Positions 37,788 to 48,300 of a stretch of DNA of 64,000 nucleotides are shown in pieces; position 1 is the stretch's first letter, and the number at the start of each line of letters is the position of its first letter. Origin of the DNA: Candidatus Hydrogenedens sp. (GTDB taxonomy: Bacteria; Hydrogenedentota; Hydrogenedentia; Hydrogenedentales; Hydrogenedentaceae). The notes under the pieces are model-generated. The model made no database searches. It was not told the DNA's origin and was given only the letters and a program-made list of their open reading frames with translations. The position numbers and the translations under genes were made by a program. The stretch spans positions 10,815 to 74,814 of the forward strand of contig JBMFRC010000015.1 in the NCBI GenBank assembly GCA_049968235.1. Direction: 5' to 3'.

Positions 37788-39110
37788 TTAAGTGATTTTT
37801 CGATGGTCTATAACCCTGCATGCTTTCCCTGTGGAACGTTCCAATGTATTTGGAGGCAATAACTCTATATTAACATGAATACCTGTAATTTCATTAATTT
37901 TACGAAGGACTCGGTCTCGTAAAGATTGCATCTCGCTCATCTTATCCGAAATATACCCTGCTTGTAATTCCACTTTTACCGATATTTCATCTAATATGCC
38001 AGGTCTTGTTACTTCAATAAGATAGTGTGGAGCAATGCCCGGAACTTGAAGAATGGCTTCTTCAATTTGAGATGGAAATACATTTACGCCTCGAATGATA
38101 AGCATATCATCTGAGCGTCCTTTTACACGGGACATCCGTTTTGTTGTTCTTCCACAGGGACATGGACTGGTATCTAAACATGCCAGGTCCCTTGTTCTAT
38201 AACGGATTATTGGGAACGCTTCCTTTGTTAAACTTGTAAATACCAGTTCACCGTATTCGCCTTCTTTTACTGGTTCAAGTGTAGAAGGATTTAAACATTC
38301 TACAATGAAATGGTCCTCCTGAATATGCATACCTTTCTGCAAATAACATTCACCACTTACTCCCGGTCCGATTACCTCGCTAAGTCCATAATTATTAAAA
38401 GCCTTAATTCCCAATTGCTCTTCTATTTCTTTTCGCATATCTTCAGTCCACATTTCACCCCCAAAATGTCCATATTTTAATGATAGATTTTTAGGGTCTA
38501 TCCCTGTTTGCTTTGCATGTTCTGCGATATTTAATGCATAACTGGGTGTACATATTAACACATCAGGTTTTAAATCTTGGATAAGCAAAATTTGTCTTGC
38601 CGTGTTACCGGACGCAGCAGGAATAATGGTAGCACCAACCTTTTCTGCTCCGTAATGTAATCCAAAACCACCTGTGAAAAGTCCATAACCAAATGATATT
38701 TGCACAAAATGTTCTTTTCGTAACCCGCCTGCCACAAGAAACCGTGCACATAGATTTGCCCATGTCTCAATGTCTTTATGTGTATATGCCACCAATGTGG
38801 GTTTGCCTGTTGTTCCAGAAGAACCATGGATTCGTGCCAGTTCATATTTAGGAACCGCAACCAATCCTAAAGGATAATTTTGCCTTAAATCTTCTTTTAC
38901 AGTAAAAGGTAATCTTCTTAAATCATCAAGAGACTTTATATCCTCAGGTTTAACTTTGTATTTGTCGAAAGAGTTTTTATAGAAAGGAACGGTATTATAA
39001 ACTCTTTCCACTACTTTTTTTAACAATTCTAATTGTAACTTGTGCCGTTCTTCCGGTTTAATTGTTTCCGCAGAGTCCCAGATAGAATTTTCGAACGGTA
39101 ACGAATTCAT
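37788..39110 (-). CDS. phenylacetate-CoA ligase family adenylating enzyme (PaaK/F390 synthetase-like)
   Basis: 440 aa. AMP-binding '[10 protein letters not shown]', and 'YGLSEVIGPG' / '[17 protein letters not shown]' typical of PaaK-type ligases. Confidence 0.8.
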   Translation of the reverse strand: MNSLPFENSIWDSAETIKPEERHKLQLELLKKVVERVYNTVPFYKNSFDKYKVKPEDIKSLDDLRRLPFTVKEDLRQNYPLGLVAVPKYELARIHGSSGTTGKPTLVAYTHKDIETWANLCARFLVAGGLRKEHFVQISFGYGLFTGGFGLHYGAEKVGATIIPAASGNTARQILLIQDLKPDVLICTPSYALNIAEHAKQTGIDPKNLSLKYGHFGGEMWTEDMRKEIEEQLGIKAFNNYGLSEVIGPGVSGECYLQKGMHIQEDHFIVECLNPSTLEPVKEGEYGELVFTSLTKEAFPIIRYRTRDLACLDTSPCPCGRTTKRMSRVKGRSDDMLIIRGVNVFPSQIEEAILQVPGIAPHYLIEVTRPGILDEISVKVELQAGYISDKMSEMQSLRDRVLRKINEITGIHVNIELLPPNTLERSTGKACRVIDHRKIT

Positions 39111-39126
39111 TTGTATTTACCTTATA

Positions 39127-39567
39127 TTATTGATTGGCTTTTTCATATAATTGAACACTATCCAGAACATTAATTCCTTTCCCTTGCAATGCCTTTATAG
39201 CGATGTCAGGTTGGTCAAATCGAAAAACAATAACTGCTTTGTCCCCACTGCGGAAGGTAAATGCATACATATATTCTATATTTAAACCTTCGTTCTCAAT
39301 TACTTCCAGAATTTTGGCAAGTCCGCCGGGTTTGTCTTCAACTTCAGTAGCAACTACTTCTGTTGTATTGACAATAAACCCCTCCTGTTCAAGAACTTCT
39401 TTTGCCTTCTTCCAATCTTGAATAATAAGACGGAGAATTCCAAATTGTTGAGTATCTGCAAGTGATAAGGTAACTATGTTTATATTATTCCGGGCTAATA
39501 CCTTACATGGCTCACTAATTCTGCCGGGTTTGTTTTCTAAAAACATCGAAATCTGTTGTATTTTCAT
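39127..39567 (-). CDS. ACT-domain protein
   Basis: 146 aa. Two beta-alpha-beta-beta-alpha-beta-like halves ('IVTLSLADTQQFGILRL', 'VVATEVEDKPGGLAKIL') typical of ACT regulatory domains. Sandwiched between two PaaK paralogues. Confidence 0.55.
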   Translation of the reverse strand: MKIQQISMFLENKPGRISEPCKVLARNNINIVTLSLADTQQFGILRLIIQDWKKAKEVLEQEGFIVNTTEVVATEVEDKPGGLAKILEVIENEGLNIEYMYAFTFRSGDKAVIVFRFDQPDIAIKALQGKGINVLDSVQLYEKANQ

Positions 39568-39590
39568 ATATTACTCCCTCATAGTAAGTA

Positions 39591-39620
39591 AGTTTATTTA
39601 TTTATTTATTTATTCATTCA
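39591..39620. repeat. short tandem repeat (TTTA)5(TTCA)2 in intergenic region
   Basis: Sequence gtttatttatttatttatttattcattcatt lies between the ACT gene start and the PaaK stop. Confidence 0.6.
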
Positions 39621-39629
39621 TTATAAAAA

Positions 39630-40961
39630 TCATATTTTTCTTAAATCCACTACGCGTTTGGCTTTACCTTCGCTTCTGGGTATTGAATGAGGTTCAACAA
39701 GTTTCACATTTGCTCTAATATTAATTATTCTCTCAATGGATTGCATAAACTTATTCTGAAGTTTTTCCATCTCACTAATACGGTCACTAAACATTTCTTT
39801 GGTTACTTCAATTAAAATTTCCATCTGGTCTAACCCATGTTCACGGGTTAATTTTATTTGGTAGTGAGGTGTAGACCCTTCCACGGCGAGTAATGCAGTT
39901 TCTATCTGGCTTGGGAATACATTAACACCTCGAATGATAAACATATCATCACTTCTACGCGATATTTTCTTCATTTTTCGTATCGTTCTACCACAGGGAC
40001 AGGGCTTGTCATAAAAAGCTGTTATGTCACGAGTTCTATAACGAATCATAGGCATGGCTTTTTTGCTAAGGGTTGTGAACACCAATTCTCCCTCTTCACC
40101 ATCAGGGAGAGGTTCTAATGTTTCAGGGTCTATAATTTCAGGGTAGAAATGGTCTTCAAAAATATGCAATCCATTCTGGCAAATACACTCATTTCCAACA
40201 CCCGGTCCAATAATTTCCGAAAGTCCATATATGTCGTATGCCTTTATGTTCGCTTCCCTTTCTATGTATTCCCTCATGGCTTCGCTCCAGGGTTCTGCAC
40301 CAAATATCCCAATTCGTAGAGGTAATGATTTCAGGTCAATACCTAATTCCCCAGCCCTTTCGATAATGTGAACAAAATAACTCGGGGTACAACAAATGAC
40401 AGTTACTTTGAAATCTTTCATAATCATGATTTGACGGTCAGTATTTCCACCTGAAATAGGGATAACGGTTGCCCCCAGAGATTCTGCACCATAATGGAAA
40501 CCTAATCCACCTGTGAATAATCCATACCCATAAGCATTCTGAACAATATCACCACGGTCTACCCCGCATGCGGATAGACTACGAACCATAACATTACACC
40601 ATACCTCAATATCTTCTTTTGTGTAAGCAACAACAATTGGCTTTCCAGTGGTCCCACTGGATGCATGAAGTCGTACAATTTCATGCATAGGACTCGCAAA
40701 TAGACCAAAGGGATAGGTATCTCTTAAATCTGTTTTGACCGTGAAAGGTAAATGCTTTATATCCTTAATAGAAAGAATATGTTCCGGTTTTACTTTGTGT
40801 TCATCCATTCGTTGTCGATAAAACGGAACATTCTCGTAAACCCGTTGAACTATCTTTTGCAAACGGTGTGATTGGATTTCTTCGAGAAAATTTTGTGGTA
40901 AATAGTCCACAGAACTAATCGGATTAAATTTGCTCCCTGCATCATGCCAAAAACAACTCAT
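39630..40961 (-). CDS. phenylacetate-CoA ligase family adenylating enzyme (second PaaK paralogue)
   Basis: 443 aa. '[10 protein letters not shown]', '[10 protein letters not shown]', '[17 protein letters not shown]'. Roughly half the residues are identical to the 37788..39110 product by eye. Confidence 0.8.
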   Translation of the reverse strand: MSCFWHDAGSKFNPISSVDYLPQNFLEEIQSHRLQKIVQRVYENVPFYRQRMDEHKVKPEHILSIKDIKHLPFTVKTDLRDTYPFGLFASPMHEIVRLHASSGTTGKPIVVAYTKEDIEVWCNVMVRSLSACGVDRGDIVQNAYGYGLFTGGLGFHYGAESLGATVIPISGGNTDRQIMIMKDFKVTVICCTPSYFVHIIERAGELGIDLKSLPLRIGIFGAEPWSEAMREYIEREANIKAYDIYGLSEIIGPGVGNECICQNGLHIFEDHFYPEIIDPETLEPLPDGEEGELVFTTLSKKAMPMIRYRTRDITAFYDKPCPCGRTIRKMKKISRRSDDMFIIRGVNVFPSQIETALLAVEGSTPHYQIKLTREHGLDQMEILIEVTKEMFSDRISEMEKLQNKFMQSIERIINIRANVKLVEPHSIPRSEGKAKRVVDLRKI

Positions 40962-41075
40962 ACTACATTCCTTATACTACAAAATAAAAATTTAAAACTT
41001 TTTATTTAACAAAAACATGAGATAGTATAATGAGAAGATTAATTGTTAGTCAAAAACATAAAAAAAGGAAGAAAA

Positions 41076-43445
41076 ATGAAAGTGAAGATATATCAATTAT
41101 ATCTACTATCTTTTTGCTTATTATTTGCATTAATGTTTTTATCAATAAGTATACACGCAGAAACAAGTCGTCGTTCTATTGCTTCTCTTTCCACTGACTT
41201 ATACGAAGTTCATCTTTTCAAGAATGGAACAATTAAGGTTTTTTTTGCAAATGGGTTGGAAGTTCTATCATTAGAAAGCCCTTCTGTTGTATATGCAGAT
41301 TCGGATGAAATCGTTCCATTAAAACTTTCAGGATTAAATTGGTATAAAGAACCTGTTTCTAACCCATTGGGAGATGGAATAGGTCTATACATTCAAGGGA
41401 AAAATCTGACATGGGTAGTAGAAATATATCCGGGAAAACCTTTTTTTACAGTTAGGTATCAGTATTTAAATAATTCAAAAAAAGAACAGAAAATAAGGTC
41501 GTTAATATCCGTCCATGGAACATTAAATCAATATAGAAATGAAGAGATAAATGAAAATTCTATAGTTTGTCTTGGAAATGGAAATATATTTGAATCTATG
41601 ATGGATTTTCCCCAATGGGTAAATGGTTTTGACTTGAAATCCCAATGGAATCTGGCTATATATGACCGTAAAAGAGAGCAATCACTACTGGCAGGATTTT
41701 TAACCTGTGATAAAGCCTATGGACAAATTACTCTTGCCAGAAATGAGAAAAAAAAGACAGTCCAGATAAAGTCCGAAAGTGTTTTTGATGCTCCAATTCA
41801 ATTATTACCAGGAAAAACAATAAATGCAGAAGTTCTCTATTTTTCCTTAGGGGAGCAAAGTCCGCATAATTGTTTAGAGCGCTATGGTCGGGCTATTGCA
41901 GTTATGAATAAATTGAGTAAAAATAATGCTTTTCTGCCTCATGGCTGGGATAGTTGGAGTACTGCCCTTCATAAAGATGTTAACGAAAATGTAATCATGG
42001 AAAATATTCAGTTTGTGGATACTTATCTTAAAAAGTATGGCTGGAATCAGATTGCTATTGACGCAGGATGGGAACGAGGTCCAGCAGATTGGGAACCACA
42101 TCCTGAAAAATTTCCTCATGGTCTTAAACCTATTGTAGAAGAATTGCATAATCGGGGTATGAAAGCAGGATTGTGGATTGACCTATTTACAATACCTGTA
42201 GATTCAAAACTGGCGAAAGAATATTCTGAATGGTTGGTTTCCCCAGATGCACGAGGTAAGTTATTGTTAGGAAAAGATAAAAAGGTTTTGGATGTTACTA
42301 TCCCTGAAGCGTATAATTATGTTCGAGATACATGTAAAAAAATATCCCATGAATGGGGTTTTGATGGTATAGTAGAAGCAGATTTCGTTTATCATTTATT
42401 ATTAGGGGAAAAATATAAAGATGAAAGTTTAACTAAATTACAGGTATTAAGAAAAGGGTTGGAAGCCATTCGTGAAGGGTTGGGAAATGATAAATTTCTA
42501 ATGACAATGCTTCCGATTAATGTTTCCGGCATGTATGCAGATGGGATACGGATTGGTTTTGACAATAAACCTTTATGGTCATCGCCAACTCTCTCGGGAA
42601 ATTGGGGTTGTGTAGAGTCTCTAAATAATTTCGCTCGCCGATATTATTTATTCCCTCATTTGGGAGTTCCAGACCAGGGCTGCATTTTTTTAGGGCATCC
42701 AGAAACGAATAAGAGATGGAATGTCCCAGAAGATAAAAAACTAACACAATCACAAATAGTAGCGTGGATTACTGGTACTGCCTTGACAGGTGGAGTCTTT
42801 AAAATAGGGGAGGAGTTTACAAATCTATCTCCTTATGAACTCAATGTATTGAAAAAAATAATCCCAAAATCATCGCAATCAGCCCGTCCTGTGGATTTAT
42901 TTGATAATCCATACCCCCAAATATGGTCTTTACCCCTTTCTGGACCTATGTTAGATATAAACATTGTGGCAGTTTTTAATTGGGATACAGAGAAAAACAC
43001 AAAAGTATCCGTCTTTTTGGAAAAGTTAGGATTGGATGGAAATCAACTTTATACATTATATGATTTTTGGAATGAAAATTTTGTTGGTATTATTCAAAAT
43101 GCCTTTATTATAGATTTGCCTCCTACTTCTGTTTCTTTATATGGTATTCGTCCTGTAGAAAAGAATCCCATATTTGTTGCATCAAATCACCATATTACAC
43201 AGGGTGTTTTCGATATTAAAGATTTGAAATATTCTCCAATAAATAAGGAAATGACAGGAGTAATGAAAGTAATTGAGGATACAGAGTATAAATTAACATT
43301 TTTTGACCCTGAAAAGAGAAAAGTTCAAATAAATGGAATCAATTTCACCAATGTTTCCTTACAACAAAAAGAAGGTATTATTACCCTTCAGTTTATTACT
43401 CCAAAGGATGTAAATGAGTTAAAATGGAGTATGATGTTTGATTAA
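41076..43445 (+). CDS. secreted clan GH-D (GH27/GH36-type) alpha-galactosidase-like glycoside hydrolase
   Basis: The track opens at TTG (41043). The ATG at 41076 has an AAGGAAG RBS and gives a signal peptide 'MKVKIYQLYLLSFCLLFALMFLSISIHA'. The central TIM-barrel region has 'GWDSWS' (like GH27 'GWNSWN') and 'IAIDAGWE' (like 'DDGW/DDCW'). Confidence 0.5.
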   Translation: MKVKIYQLYLLSFCLLFALMFLSISIHAETSRRSIASLSTDLYEVHLFKNGTIKVFFANGLEVLSLESPSVVYADSDEIVPLKLSGLNWYKEPVSNPLGDGIGLYIQGKNLTWVVEIYPGKPFFTVRYQYLNNSKKEQKIRSLISVHGTLNQYRNEEINENSIVCLGNGNIFESMMDFPQWVNGFDLKSQWNLAIYDRKREQSLLAGFLTCDKAYGQITLARNEKKKTVQIKSESVFDAPIQLLPGKTINAEVLYFSLGEQSPHNCLERYGRAIAVMNKLSKNNAFLPHGWDSWSTALHKDVNENVIMENIQFVDTYLKKYGWNQIAIDAGWERGPADWEPHPEKFPHGLKPIVEELHNRGMKAGLWIDLFTIPVDSKLAKEYSEWLVSPDARGKLLLGKDKKVLDVTIPEAYNYVRDTCKKISHEWGFDGIVEADFVYHLLLGEKYKDESLTKLQVLRKGLEAIREGLGNDKFLMTMLPINVSGMYADGIRIGFDNKPLWSSPTLSGNWGCVESLNNFARRYYLFPHLGVPDQGCIFLGHPETNKRWNVPEDKKLTQSQIVAWITGTALTGGVFKIGEEFTNLSPYELNVLKKIIPKSSQSARPVDLFDNPYPQIWSLPLSGPMLDINIVAVFNWDTEKNTKVSVFLEKLGLDGNQLYTLYDFWNENFVGIIQNAFIIDLPPTSVSLYGIRPVEKNPIFVASNHHITQGVFDIKDLKYSPINKEMTGVMKVIEDTEYKLTFFDPEKRKVQINGINFTNVSLQQKEGIITLQFITPKDVNELKWSMMFD

Positions 43446-43468
43446 CCATTAAAAGAGGGTATTGCATT

Positions 43469-44110
43469 ATGTTTCATAAGGCTCAAAATTGGGTTGAAAA
43501 GAAAATAAATGAATATTGTCAAAAGTCACAAGAATGTGTAGATTTAGGTATGAAAGTACTTACGGGCTGTATCGATGTAGATGATTGTGATAAATGGAAA
43601 GAAACCACATCGGCGGTTCATAGAGCAGAAAGCAAAGCAGATGATTTGCGACGAGAAATAGAATATTTCATATTTGAACGCTCTCTATTTCCAGAATCAA
43701 GAGGAGATATTCTGGCTCTACTTGAAATTCTTGACCGGATACCTAATCAGGTTCAGCAAACGGTTAAGATGATTGTAGAACAACAAATTCACATACCTAA
43801 AATGATAAAAAACGAAGTTATTTCTATATCTACTATTACACAAAAATGCGTAAAAATTACAGTGCAAGGGGTTGAAATGCTATTCTCAGATTTTCGTGAA
43901 GTCCTTGAGATTTTAGGACAAATTGACGCTCTTGAAAGTGAAGTAGATAAGATTCAATCGGATGCCATTACAAAAGTATTTCAATCGGATATTGAACCAT
44001 TTAGAAAACTTCTTTTGCGAGATTTAATAAATTCCATAAGCGAAGTAACAAATCATGCTGAAAAAGCGGGAGACTTCATGAGAATTATAATAGTCAAAAG
44101 GATGATGTAA
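43469..44110 (+). CDS. DUF47 / PhoU-like phosphate-transport regulator
   Basis: 213 aa. All-helical pattern typical of the TIGR00153/DUF47 proteins that precede PiT transporters. The stop overlaps the PiT start (TAATG). Confidence 0.55.
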   Translation: MFHKAQNWVEKKINEYCQKSQECVDLGMKVLTGCIDVDDCDKWKETTSAVHRAESKADDLRREIEYFIFERSLFPESRGDILALLEILDRIPNQVQQTVKMIVEQQIHIPKMIKNEVISISTITQKCVKITVQGVEMLFSDFREVLEILGQIDALESEVDKIQSDAITKVFQSDIEPFRKLLLRDLINSISEVTNHAEKAGDFMRIIIVKRMM

Positions 44111-45051
44111 TGGGAATATTATTGGTAGTTGTAACATCAGCCCTATTAGGTTTGACTTTAGGAGGAAATGACGCTGGAAATGTATTTGGAACAGCGGTAG
44201 CAACACGATTTGTTCGTTTCAGGACAGCGGGTTTATTAACTTTTTTCTTTGTTATAGCAGGTGCTGTTTTACAGGGTAGCAAGGGAATTGATACATTAAG
44301 TGGAATTACAACACAAAGTTTAAATACATCCATATTGGTAGGATTGGTGGTAAGTGGGGTAGGGCTTATCCTTACCTTACTGGGACAGCCAATAAGTCTT
44401 TCTCAATCTGTCGTGGGTGGACTTATTGGGCTGGGTTTAACACAAAACGATGTTCAATGGAAAATGTTATGGAAAGTTTTAATTTGTTGGGCTTTTACAC
44501 CTATCGGAGCAGGATTAATAGCGATTATTTGTTATAAAATAATGCTTACTTTCTTTTCTCATATCAAGGTGGGAATACTTACAAGAGAGACATTAATAAG
44601 AAGAGGATTAATTATATCTGGAATTATCGGTGCTTATGCATTGGGGGCAAATAATGTGGCAAATACAGTAGGAATGTTTGCAGGAACGATAAAAGGAGTT
44701 TCGAATACAGAACTGGCATTATTAGGCGGTTTCTTTATTGGGACTGGTGTTTTACTTTTTAGCAAACCTGTAATGATGAATATCGGAAAAGGAATAGTAC
44801 TTTTAGATGGATTTTCAGCCTTGGTTGTGGTTCTATCTTCAGGAATTACAGTATATATTTTTTCATTGGTCGGAGTTCCTGTAAGCACAACACAGGCGGT
44901 TGTCGGTGCTATTATTGGAATTGGTATCCACCATGGAGTTCATACATTAAAATTAAAAATCATAAGGGACATTTTATTAAGTTGGTTGATTGCGCCAATA
45001 GCCAGCCTCATTTTTACATCAGCAGGTTATGCTATTTTTCTAAACAAATAA
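44110..45051 (+). CDS. inorganic phosphate transporter, PiT (PHO4) family
   Basis: 313 aa. Duplicated 'GGNDAGN' / 'GANNVAN' signature motifs of PiT-family transporters. Polytopic. Confidence 0.8.
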   Translation: MGILLVVVTSALLGLTLGGNDAGNVFGTAVATRFVRFRTAGLLTFFFVIAGAVLQGSKGIDTLSGITTQSLNTSILVGLVVSGVGLILTLLGQPISLSQSVVGGLIGLGLTQNDVQWKMLWKVLICWAFTPIGAGLIAIICYKIMLTFFSHIKVGILTRETLIRRGLIISGIIGAYALGANNVANTVGMFAGTIKGVSNTELALLGGFFIGTGVLLFSKPVMMNIGKGIVLLDGFSALVVVLSSGITVYIFSLVGVPVSTTQAVVGAIIGIGIHHGVHTLKLKIIRDILLSWLIAPIASLIFTSAGYAIFLNK

Positions 45052-45065
45052 ATTTTAATAAAATT

Positions 45066-45096
45066 TTGTGAAAAAGATAAATTTAAATGCTATAAT
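45066..45096 (+). promoter_or_regulatory. putative promoter for the small YjfB-like gene
   Basis: TTGTGA (45066-45071), 19-nt spacer, consensus TATAAT (45091-45096). AAGGAAG RBS before the ATG at 45123. Confidence 0.35.
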
Positions 45097-45122
45097 AGGA
45101 TAAGAAATAAGGAAGTATCGTT

Positions 45123-45308
45123 ATGGATACAATAAACATAAACCCGCAAGTAGGGTTGAAAACAGCCCAAATAAGTATGGAATATTACGCAAAAGTCCTG
45201 AATATGCGGAAAAGTGTTATGCAACAACAAGGAGATATGGCTATAAAATTAATACAATCCGCAGTACTTCCTCCGACACAGGGACAGAATCTAGATGTGA
45301 AAGTCTAA
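45123..45308 (+). CDS. small YjfB-like (putative motility protein family) protein
   Basis: 61 aa. 'ISMEYYAKVLNMRKSVMQQQGDMAIKLIQSA' resembles the YjfB-family pattern (…vlkKsmd.q…llq…). Tentative. Confidence 0.35.
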   Translation: MDTININPQVGLKTAQISMEYYAKVLNMRKSVMQQQGDMAIKLIQSAVLPPTQGQNLDVKV

Positions 45309-45323
45309 TCCCGTAGCATTTTT

Positions 45324-48300
45324 TTACCATCGAATATCTATAACAACCTTTTCATTTTCAAGAACTGTAATAGATTGTCTTAATAAAACCGTTATTAAAT
45401 TTGTTTTATATAATTCATCTTGCTGAATTATCCCTATTTTTTCAGTAATGGGTATAGAATTATCCCCCTTGATTATGGACATATTCATTTGATTAAATCT
45501 CAACTTTTCAGCAGGTAAACTGATTCTTGAGATTTCTAATTTCCCATAATGGGGTATGATGGTTACAGTTGTTTTACGAGGGCCACTATTAAACTCAAAT
45601 ATCCCCCATGAGGTACCTGTGGAAAAGAAGAATGAAGAAGGGTTCTCTTTTACACGGGGAGTTATTTTAATTTTTCCCTTGTCAAAATTAAAACCAGAAC
45701 CGGCAATAAGCATTGAATAGGCAGACATTGCACGAGCATAATGCCCTCCGCATTCAATTTCGCTCCATGGGTTCTTACGATTTCCCTGATAGCGAGAACG
45801 AGCTCCACTAACTATTTCCACAGCTTTATCCCAGTCTCCTTCAAAAATACTAAGTCCAGCAACTTCGTATTCCATTCCTGTCCATATCTCATCACAGTAA
45901 AGAATGGGGGATTCAGGTCTTCCACCTTTAGGCCAGGTGCACATTAATAGTCCGGGTTCATCATCTTCAGCAAAACGACGTGGTGATTGAACATGGTCAT
46001 AAAAATTTTTCCGCCAGTTATTTTTGTATATAGAATTAAGTGTAGTTTTGATATATGGTTCGGGGAATAAATACCCAAGCCCTAAAATGTGAGACCACCA
46101 TTGCCCTAATAATTGGTCTGAATGACACCCCGGTCCATAACAATTCATTTGATTATAAACCTCCGAACCAACATCAGGAGCATCAAATGCATTGATGAAA
46201 TACTCTTCATTCCAGCAGGTTTCAATGTATTTTTTCCTACCCGATTCATACCTTTTCTGACATTCTAAAATTAGATTTGGGTCAGGAGAACCTAATTCTT
46301 TTAACATTATTTCCATCGCCTTTAATGTGGCAAGATATAAAGTGCCAATAAATGTATTGGAACCATATAAATGTGTATCATAAGTATTCGGTTGTTCGCC
46401 CCGAATAATCCCTTCTCCTGTCGGGTCATGTTTTTCTAAAATGTGTTGGAACACTTTAATTGCATTGTGCCAGATAGGTTCCAGCCATTTTTTATCCGGA
46501 GAAAGTTTATATTCACGATATAGTTTCAGAAGGGTTCCTAACTCACCATCTAAAGCATGATGAAAAGGTCCTCCAATCTCATTTTTCAATTGAGGTTCTG
46601 ACGGTGGAACTATAAAACGATGTGGAATGTAAAATTCTGTCTTATCCATCATATAGAACAACTCCTGGTAGCGTATTCTTTGTTCTAATATGGGGAATAA
46701 AAACGGAAGAGTTTGTGCATAATTATATACATGAGTGCAATTCATAGGACAGCAGTTATCTGTCCCTTCAAAACCACCAACAGTACCATCTTCTAAATAT
46801 ATATAAATAGGTGTGTGAAGTGTGGCAATATTAGCAGAGATGGCTTCTAACATAACAGGTGGAAGTGTGGATGAGAAGAAATCTTTGTGAAACTGAGATG
46901 TCTGACTTAATAAATAGGGAAAATTATCTATACAATAATTTGTTACTTCCATTGCGTTCTTAAAATAATTATTGTAGTAATTCCCTAACCGATAGTCATA
47001 TCGTAAAGGAGGAAGCGTCCAATAATACTGATTTCCACGAGTGCGATTGGGAAAATACCATGCTAGGATAAAAGTAATATCTTCTTTTTCGCCCGGTGAT
47101 AGGTCAAATGGGTATGCAATTGTTCCATTCCATGTATATCCAGGATTGCTGGGTTCCATACTTTCGGGTTGTGGCAATATCCCGTTTTTTGAAAAATACT
47201 GCCAGAAATAATTGAAATCGCTCCATTGAGGACATGTTTGAGGTTCATTTTTCCCAAATGTTTTCAGAGAAAAAACCATATTTCCCCATAAAGGATGTTG
47301 AGAGTCAAGTCCCTTCTCGTAAATATATGGAACATTTGTGGTTAATGCAATCAAAGATGCAATCCAACGTCTCTTATATTCAGGAGCAATCCAATCCGTT
47401 ATCTTCCCATTACACCATACGACAGAGCCTTTACCTATTTTTTTTCTGATAATTAGTGGAATACCTGTATCTGTTTTTAAGAATACCTCACTTTGTTTGG
47501 TAGAGATATTCGGTGTTGTTTTATAAATCTTATTTGTAACCAGTATAGCATCTTTCAAATTGGGAAATAGTCCACCTAATTTTACATTATACTTGCTATT
47601 TATCCAATTCCCTTTTATAGAAGCCATAGGTAGCCACTTTTGTAATGTCTTATATGAATTCTTATCTATAGGGTAGTCATTCGTAAAAACTATCTCATCT
47701 ATTAAAATATGTCCCCATCCATCGGAGGCATTATCTACGATTTCTATATGTGCTTTTTTACCTATATATTCTGCAACATTCCATATAACTTTCTTTAATG
47801 TTTCAGAGTTTGAGCCAGTAGATGATAATATTTTTTCCCCTTCAATAATGAGTGCTATATATGTGTTATCGGGTTTATTTCCTCCACCGATACGAAAATG
47901 AATAAAAGAATGTTGAATAGTAAATTCTTTAGATATTGCAGTCCCGGTTTTTTTATCATCACCATTGTAGGAGTTTACAAAGTATTTTCCTTCATAGCCC
48001 AAGATATCTGTTTGCATAGGAAATTTATCATTGGCAGGTTTATCTCCGAAAGCATCACCTGTGATTGTCCATAAGTTATATGTGCCAGATTCAAAGTTAT
48101 CAAATACATGCTCTTTTTTATGGCTCTTTTTGGCTCTATTTATTGCTACTAACCAATCAAAAATAGAATTTGTATCCCCACTAACAATTAAATGAGCTCC
48201 ATTTTGTATTTTTTTATTAAGTTTCTCTATGTTATCCGATGATAATACTTTTTCAGAGGGTCCTAACCAATAAACACAAGTATCACCTTGTTTTTCTTCA

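Noticed and set aside
39591-39620. Possibility that the TTTA tract is a CRISPR or other functional repeat array
   Set aside because: Units are only 4 nt with no spacers. It is a simple microsatellite.
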